A stretch of 24,037 nt of DNA, taken from NCBI GenBank assembly GCA_964013405.1, contig CAXGWI010000043.1, forward strand, positions 1 through 24,037, given 5' to 3'. The position numbers and the translations under genes are program-made. Shown in pieces: positions 18,609-24,037 of this stretch. The stretch's first letter is position 1; every line of letters starts with the position of its first letter. The notes under the pieces are model-generated. The model was not told where the DNA came from, did not search any database, and worked only from the letters and a program-made list of their open reading frames with translations. The DNA comes from an uncultured Myxococcales bacterium (GTDB lineage: Bacteria > Myxococcota > UBA4151).

Positions 18609-18852
18609 ACCTGTCTCCTAGAGGGTGCTTATCACAGGCAACCCAAGCTCCCAAACCCGCGGCGCATAAATTTTCCCCATCGCAGCACCGATCTGGGTAG
18701 CGGAGGCCAAAGCCGGCGCTGGGCTGGGACCGGGGGGCAAAGGCCCATGGGCCTCATCCAGGCCCAAGGCCGGCCACGGCTTGTCCTGACCCCATCCCTT
18801 TTGGCAATCTACCACCAGCCTGCCGCCGCCGGTTTTCTGGAGTTTCCCACCC
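18609..18852. promoter_or_regulatory. Divergent intergenic/promoter region between two lipoprotein gene pairs
   Basis: 244-nt gap between divergent starts. SD-like AGGAG upstream of 18608 (minus strand) and GGAG upstream of 18853. Central palindrome AGGCCCATGGGCCT at 18741-18754. Confidence 0.55.
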
Positions 18853-21828
18853 ATGCCCTATCGTTCCCTTCTCCTCCTGTCGCTGATCGCCTGCCAATCT
18901 CCTGTCGTCGTTGCCCCAGGCGATGGGGTGGATGGAGGCGCGGCAATGGGCAACGCCGTCTGTGGTGATGGGGTCGTCGAGGGCGAAGAAGAATGCGATG
19001 ACGGTAACTCAGTGGACGACGATGGCTGTCGGAACGCCTGTCGAGGGGCCTTATGTGGTGATGGCATCCTGCGCACCGACCTTGAGCCGGGCGCAGAGGG
19101 CTTCGAAGCCTGTGAGGACAGCAACAGTATCGACGAAGATGCCTGTACCAATGGTTGCCAACTCGCCCGCTGCGGCGATGGGATCCTTCGGGCCGGACTG
19201 CCCGACAACCATCCCGACCAAGAGATCTGCGATGATGGCAACGACAGCGATGAGGATGCCTGCCTCAGCGGCTGCGTGCTGGCCCGCTGTGGCGATGGCA
19301 TCGTCCGCACCGATCTGAGCGAGGGTGCAGAGGGTTTCGAAGCCTGCGATGACGGAAATTCCGAAGATACCGACGTCTGCTTAAGCAACTGTCAGGAAGC
19401 CCGTTGTGGCGATGGGATCGTCGGCCCCGGCGAGGGCTGCGACGATGGCAACGACTCCTCCGATGATGCCTGTATCGATTGTGCCCCCGCCGGCTGCGGC
19501 GATGGGGTCCAGCAAGAGGGGGTAGAAGCCTGTGACGATGGCAATGAGGACGAAACCGATGGCTGCTTGCGCAACTGTGCCCTCGCCCGCTGCGGTGATG
19601 GCATCGTCCGAGCCGATCTGGAGGCCGGCGCCGAGGACTTTGAGGCCTGTGACGATGGCGATGGAGACAATGGCGACGAGTGCCTCACCGATTGCACGGT
19701 CGCCCGCTGCGGCGATGGGCAGGTTCGCCGGGGCCTCCCCTTTGGTGCCCCGGGCTACGAAGAGTGTGATGACGGCAATGAGGAGAGCGGTGATGGTTGT
19801 GCCGCCGGCTGTCTACGAGAAGAGTGTGGCAACGGCATCGTGGATGCGGGCGAGACCTGCGACGACGGCAATCGCCGGGACAACGACGGCTGCCTGACGA
19901 GCTGCGAGGCAGCCCGCTGCGGCGATGGGCATCGACGCTTGGATCTCGAACTCGGTGCCGAAGGCTACGAGGCCTGTGACGACGGTAACGACGATCAACG
20001 GGATGGCTGTCTGGTCGGTTGTATTTTAGCTGCCTGCGGGGACGGACATCACCGGCTTGATATCGCCCCCGGCGACGAAGGCTTTGAAGCTTGTGATGAT
20101 GGCAACGAGCTCAACGGCGATGTTTGCACCAACGCCTGCCGTCTGGCTCGCTGTGGCGACGGTCATGTCTGGGAGGGCAATGAGGCCTGCGATGATGGCA
20201 ATGGGGACAATAGCGATGCCTGCCTAACGGACTGCACGGCCGCCGCCTGCGGCGACGGTTTCGTCCACCGAGATGTGGAGGCCTGCGATGACGGCAACGA
20301 CGTGGAGACCGACGAATGCCTCAACGCCTGCGTGGTCGCCCGCTGTGGGGACAATGTGATTCACGAGGGTGTGGAACGCTGTGACGATGGCAATGATGTG
20401 GTGACGGATGAATGCATTCGCTGCGAGCCCGCCCGCTGCGGCGACGGTCACGTCTGGGCCGACAACGAGGCCTGCGACGATGGCAACGACGTAGAAACCG
20501 ATGACTGTCTCGATAATTGTGAGATCGCATCCTGCGGTGATGGCCAGGTCTGGGAAGGCAACGAAGCCTGCGATGATGGCAACGATGTGGAGACCGATGC
20601 CTGTCTAAACAACTGCGTAGCCGCCCGCTGCGGTGATGGGGTCGTCCACGAGGGTGAAGAAGCCTGCGACGATGGCAACGACAACGAGGCCGACGGTTGC
20701 TTGTCCAACTGCGAGGTGGGCTTCGGTGATGCCTCCGACGGCGAGCTCGTCACCAGCGGTGACCCCACCCTCAATACGGACCGGGCCCGCTGCAGTGGCA
20801 GCCAGGGTGAACGCCGACTGGCCATCAGCGAGGTCAACGGCAACCTCCCGCCAGGAGCGACCGTGATCATTCACCAGAGTCAGGGATCCGGGGTGCGGGG
20901 CCGCTTCGATTACAACCGAATCCTCGCCAATGACGGCGGTGCCCTCGGCCTGGAAGACCCCCTGACCCACAACTTCCGCAACGACGGCAACTATCGCTGC
21001 CAAGTCGTTCGGGTGCACGAATACCGTCGTGTCGAGCTGGGCAACGGTGCCGATATCTACCCACCGGCCTGGAACGGCACGACCGGCGGGATCCTTGCCA
21101 TCGATGTCCAAGGGGATTTGGTGATCGGCGGCGGGGCTGCCTTGCGGGTTCACGGCCGGGGATTCCGGGGTCTGGGCCACGGCGGTGTCTACCGCTGTGC
21201 GGTGGGCTACCGGGGTGAAGGGCACGAAGGCGGCTACGGCAGCGTCAGCACCAACCGAGTGGGCAGCGGCGGTGGCGGTGGTAACCGGGGCCAAGATGGC
21301 GCCTGTGGCGGTGGCGGTGGTCATGCGGGGGCCGGCGGCACCGGCGCCAGTGGCAACTGTGGCGCCTGCTGCAGTGGGAGCCCCCGGCGAGGCGGTCAAT
21401 CCGGCGCAGGGGTTTCCGACGACGGGGTCAACTCCTTCCTCTTCGGGGGGGCTGGTGGTGAAGGCGGCGCCGACGAAGACGGCTGTCGTCCAGGGGCCGG
21501 TGGTACCGGTGCGGGCGCCATCCTCGTCCGCGCCCGACGGATCATCGTGAACGGCGGCATCTACGCCACAGGCAATGGGGGCTCCAACGGCAACAGCGCC
21601 TGCGGTGGCTGCGGCATGGGCGGTGGTGGTGGCGGTGCGGGGGGTTCCATCCGCCTGCTCGCCACCCAAGATGTCCAAATGGGGAATAACCGGGTGCAAG
21701 CCACCGGGGCCGGCGGTGGTTCGGCCACGTGTCCGGGCGGCCGCGGTGGCACCGGCGCCAACGGACGCATCCGCATCCAGGCGACGGACGTCTCCGGCTC
21801 ATCGTCCCCCGGCTACGAGCGCTTCTAA
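18853..21828 (+). CDS. Lipoprotein with 17 myxococcus Cys-rich repeats and a C-terminal Gly-rich adhesin-like head (paralog B)
   Basis: [14 protein letters not shown]; 17 CGDG/CDDGN units. The head starts GFGDASDG and has [26 protein letters not shown] and GRGFRG, followed by many GGGGG/GAGG tracts. Confidence 0.88.
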   Translation: MPYRSLLLLSLIACQSPVVVAPGDGVDGGAAMGNAVCGDGVVEGEEECDDGNSVDDDGCRNACRGALCGDGILRTDLEPGAEGFEACEDSNSIDEDACTNGCQLARCGDGILRAGLPDNHPDQEICDDGNDSDEDACLSGCVLARCGDGIVRTDLSEGAEGFEACDDGNSEDTDVCLSNCQEARCGDGIVGPGEGCDDGNDSSDDACIDCAPAGCGDGVQQEGVEACDDGNEDETDGCLRNCALARCGDGIVRADLEAGAEDFEACDDGDGDNGDECLTDCTVARCGDGQVRRGLPFGAPGYEECDDGNEESGDGCAAGCLREECGNGIVDAGETCDDGNRRDNDGCLTSCEAARCGDGHRRLDLELGAEGYEACDDGNDDQRDGCLVGCILAACGDGHHRLDIAPGDEGFEACDDGNELNGDVCTNACRLARCGDGHVWEGNEACDDGNGDNSDACLTDCTAAACGDGFVHRDVEACDDGNDVETDECLNACVVARCGDNVIHEGVERCDDGNDVVTDECIRCEPARCGDGHVWADNEACDDGNDVETDDCLDNCEIASCGDGQVWEGNEACDDGNDVETDACLNNCVAARCGDGVVHEGEEACDDGNDNEADGCLSNCEVGFGDASDGELVTSGDPTLNTDRARCSGSQGERRLAISEVNGNLPPGATVIIHQSQGSGVRGRFDYNRILANDGGALGLEDPLTHNFRNDGNYRCQVVRVHEYRRVELGNGADIYPPAWNGTTGGILAIDVQGDLVIGGGAALRVHGRGFRGLGHGGVYRCAVGYRGEGHEGGYGSVSTNRVGSGGGGGNRGQDGACGGGGGHAGAGGTGASGNCGACCSGSPRRGGQSGAGVSDDGVNSFLFGGAGGEGGADEDGCRPGAGGTGAGAILVRARRIIVNGGIYATGNGGSNGNSACGGCGMGGGGGGAGGSIRLLATQDVQMGNNRVQATGAGGGSATCPGGRGGTGANGRIRIQATDVSGSSSPGYERF
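18961..20712 (+). repeat. Tandem coding repeats, 17 CGDG...CDDGN units
   Basis: Counted in the translation. Confidence 0.9.
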
Positions 21829-21831
21829 GCC

Positions 21832-24037
21832 ATGGCTCGCCTACTCCCCCTCGTGCCCTTCCTCCTGATCGCCTGCGGCGGTCCCGAAGTCATGGTCCGT
21901 GAAATCGAAGCCACGTGTGGCGACGGCCGTCTGCAGATCGGTGAAGCCTGCGACGATGGCAATGAAGACAACACAGACGCCTGTACCAACAGTTGTGAGC
22001 CGGCCCTTTGTGGCGATGGCGTGGTCCGTCAGGATCTTGCGCCAGAAGACGAGGGCTATGAAGCCTGTGACGATGGCAACTCGGTGGATGAGGATGGCTG
22101 CAGTAGCAGCTGTGCACCCGTCCGCTGTGGGGATGGGGTCCTTCGCACCGACATATCGGAGGGGAGTCAGGGCTACGAAGCCTGTGATGATGGCAACGAC
22201 GATGACCAAGACGCCTGTCGAAACACCTGCGAGTTGGCCCGCTGTGGTGACGGTGTCCTACGCCTCGACCTGGGCTCTGAGGACCCCGGCTTCGAGGCCT
22301 GCGATGATGGCAACGACATCGACAGTGACACCTGCCTCAACGACTGTGTGGAAGCTCGCTGTGGGGATGGGGTCGTCGGCCCGGGGGAGGGCTGTGATGA
22401 CGGCAATGAGGACCCGACCGATGCCTGCTCCCAGTGCCAGCCCGCCACCTGCGGCGATGGCATCCGTCAGGAAGGTGAATTGTGTGACGATGGCAATGAC
22501 ATCGATACGGACGATTGCTTAACGGTCTGTGCGCTGCCTCGCTGTGGCGACGGGGCCATCCATGAAGGTCGAGAAGAATGCGATGACGGCAACGCGGTGG
22601 AAGAGGACGCCTGCACCCTGGGCTGTCGGGCCGCCCGTTGCGGCGACTCGATTCAACGCCAGGACCTCACCCCAGAAGAGCCCGGCTACGAGGGCTGTGA
22701 TGATGGCAACAATGAAGACGGCGATGGCTGTTCCGGCAGTTGCCAGCGAGAGTACTGCGGCAATGGTCGTATCGACGTGGGCGAGGCCTGCGATGATGGC
22801 AACCGAGATCCCCAAGATGACTGCACCAATGGCTGCCAACTGGCCCGCTGCGGCGATGGGATTCTGCACCGTGATGAAGAAGAGTGCGATGACGGCAATG
22901 AGCTCCAGGGCGACGCCTGTGTCGACGACTGCCGAGTTGCGCGCTGTGGTGATGGCCACCTCTGGGACGGTCGAGAGCGTTGCGATGACGGTAATGATCT
23001 GGACGCGGACGCCTGTCGGAATGACTGTATCCCCGCAGCCTGCGGCGATGGGATTGTGCGCCAGGACTTAGAGGCCGATGAGGTGGGCTTTGAGGTCTGT
23101 GATGACGGCAACGTAGACAACGACGACCGTTGCACGGCCCGCTGTGCTGAGGCCCGCTGCGGCGATGGGATCCACCGCCGTGATTTGATCGAAGGCGAGC
23201 CCGGTTTTGAAGGCTGCGATGATGGCAACGATGAAGACGGTGATGCCTGCTTGAACAATTGCGCCGTGGCTCGCTGTGGTGATGGTGTGGTTCATGAAGG
23301 GCAAGAAGAGTGCGACGACGGTAATCTCCTTGGCGATGACGGCTGCACTGCCGAATGCACCCGGGGCTTCGGCAATGGACGGGATGGTGAGCTCGCGCTG
23401 GATACGCCCACCGCCATCCCGGCTGTCCGCTCCTTGTGCCAAGGGGCTGCTGGGGACCTCAATCTGAGTTTTGACGGCAACGCCCCGTTCGAGGCGGGGA
23501 TGACCCTGCTGATTCACCAAAGCCAAGCGGCGGAAGGCGATGTGGGCCACTTCGAATATGTGGAGTTGGCTGGCCGGGAAGGCCCTCGTCTCACGCTGGT
23601 CGAGCCGCTGCAGCACAGCTACATGAATGGCGACGGGGCCCGCTGTCAGGTCACCGAAGTCAAACAATACAGCCAGGTTCAGGTCGCTGCAGGAGGTCGC
23701 TTGGAAGCCCCCACCTGGAACGGCCAAACCGGCGGCATCCTCGCCCTTGATGTGGTGGGTGGACTGGTCATTCGAGAGGGAGGCTTTCTCAGTGCCGAAG
23801 GCGCTGGCTTTCGCGGTCAGGGTCATGGGGGGCGTTACCGCTGCGCCCGTGGCTATACCGGTGAAGGCCATCGAGGCGGATTTGGCGACGTGGACGTCCA
23901 GGCCCGGGGCAGTGGCGGCGGCGGTGGCGGCAGCGGTCAGGATGATGCGTCAGGCGGCGGTGGTGGTCACGGCGAAGCCGGAGACCCAGGCGCCGAGGGC
24001 GGTTGTGGTGCCTGTCGAGAAGCCTGCCCGATTCCTG
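21832..24037 (+). CDS. Lipoprotein with 14 myxococcus Cys-rich repeats and a Gly-rich adhesin-like head (paralog C; runs off the right edge, not in the ORF track)
   Basis: Manual translation from ATG 21832, 3 nt after the previous TAA, is open to the window end: MARLLPLVPFLLIA-CGGPEVMVREIEATCGDG...GFGNGRDGEL...LIHQSQ...RCQVTEV...WNGQTGGILALDV...GAGFRGQGHGGRYRC... Confidence 0.9.
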   Translation, partial: MARLLPLVPFLLIACGGPEVMVREIEATCGDGRLQIGEACDDGNEDNTDACTNSCEPALCGDGVVRQDLAPEDEGYEACDDGNSVDEDGCSSSCAPVRCGDGVLRTDISEGSQGYEACDDGNDDDQDACRNTCELARCGDGVLRLDLGSEDPGFEACDDGNDIDSDTCLNDCVEARCGDGVVGPGEGCDDGNEDPTDACSQCQPATCGDGIRQEGELCDDGNDIDTDDCLTVCALPRCGDGAIHEGREECDDGNAVEEDACTLGCRAARCGDSIQRQDLTPEEPGYEGCDDGNNEDGDGCSGSCQREYCGNGRIDVGEACDDGNRDPQDDCTNGCQLARCGDGILHRDEEECDDGNELQGDACVDDCRVARCGDGHLWDGRERCDDGNDLDADACRNDCIPAACGDGIVRQDLEADEVGFEVCDDGNVDNDDRCTARCAEARCGDGIHRRDLIEGEPGFEGCDDGNDEDGDACLNNCAVARCGDGVVHEGQEECDDGNLLGDDGCTAECTRGFGNGRDGELALDTPTAIPAVRSLCQGAAGDLNLSFDGNAPFEAGMTLLIHQSQAAEGDVGHFEYVELAGREGPRLTLVEPLQHSYMNGDGARCQVTEVKQYSQVQVAAGGRLEAPTWNGQTGGILALDVVGGLVIREGGFLSAEGAGFRGQGHGGRYRCARGYTGEGHRGGFGDVDVQARGSGGGGGGSGQDDASGGGGGHGEAGDPGAEGGCGACREACPIP
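21916..23358 (+). repeat. Tandem coding repeats, 14 CGDG...CDDGN units
   Basis: Counted in my manual translation. Confidence 0.88.

Noticed and set aside
18811..18827. TTGGCA as a sigma-54 -24 element upstream of paralog B
   Set aside because: The -12 TTGC element is missing at the required spacing.
18961..23358. Regularly spaced tgcgatgatggcaac-like repeats resembling a CRISPR array
   Set aside because: The repeats are degenerate at third codon positions and in frame within a CDS, and there are no cas genes; these are protein repeats.

Overview
GC-rich chromosomal window that looks like Myxococcota (inferred from the abundant 'myxococcus cysteine-rich' CGDG...CDDGN repeats and the lipoprotein types). 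The left end has a minus-strand TCA operon, mdh - PilZ/YcgR-like gene - sucC (sucC runs off the window), a membrane protein and an unannotated 51-aa basic protein. The middle has a small housekeeping block: a CxxC hypothetical, a NifU/Nfu protein, cystathionine beta-synthase and a PhoX phosphatase. About two thirds of the window (~16.2 kb) encodes seven predicted lipoproteins. Six are Cys-rich and carry domains best known from animal extracellular proteins or adhesins: LDL-receptor class A with PPC-like domains, a fibrinogen-like YCDxxxxGGGW head, two IgGFc-binding (FCGBP-type) domains and two Gly-rich heads. Three share a homologous stalk of 14-17 CGDG/CDDGN repeats in a conserved unit order but end in two different head types, and one looks like a mosaic of the other two. 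This suggests a modular surface receptor/adhesin system that swaps heads. I found no RNA genes, CRISPR arrays or mobile elements. Domain calls come from motif recognition by eye, not from database searches.
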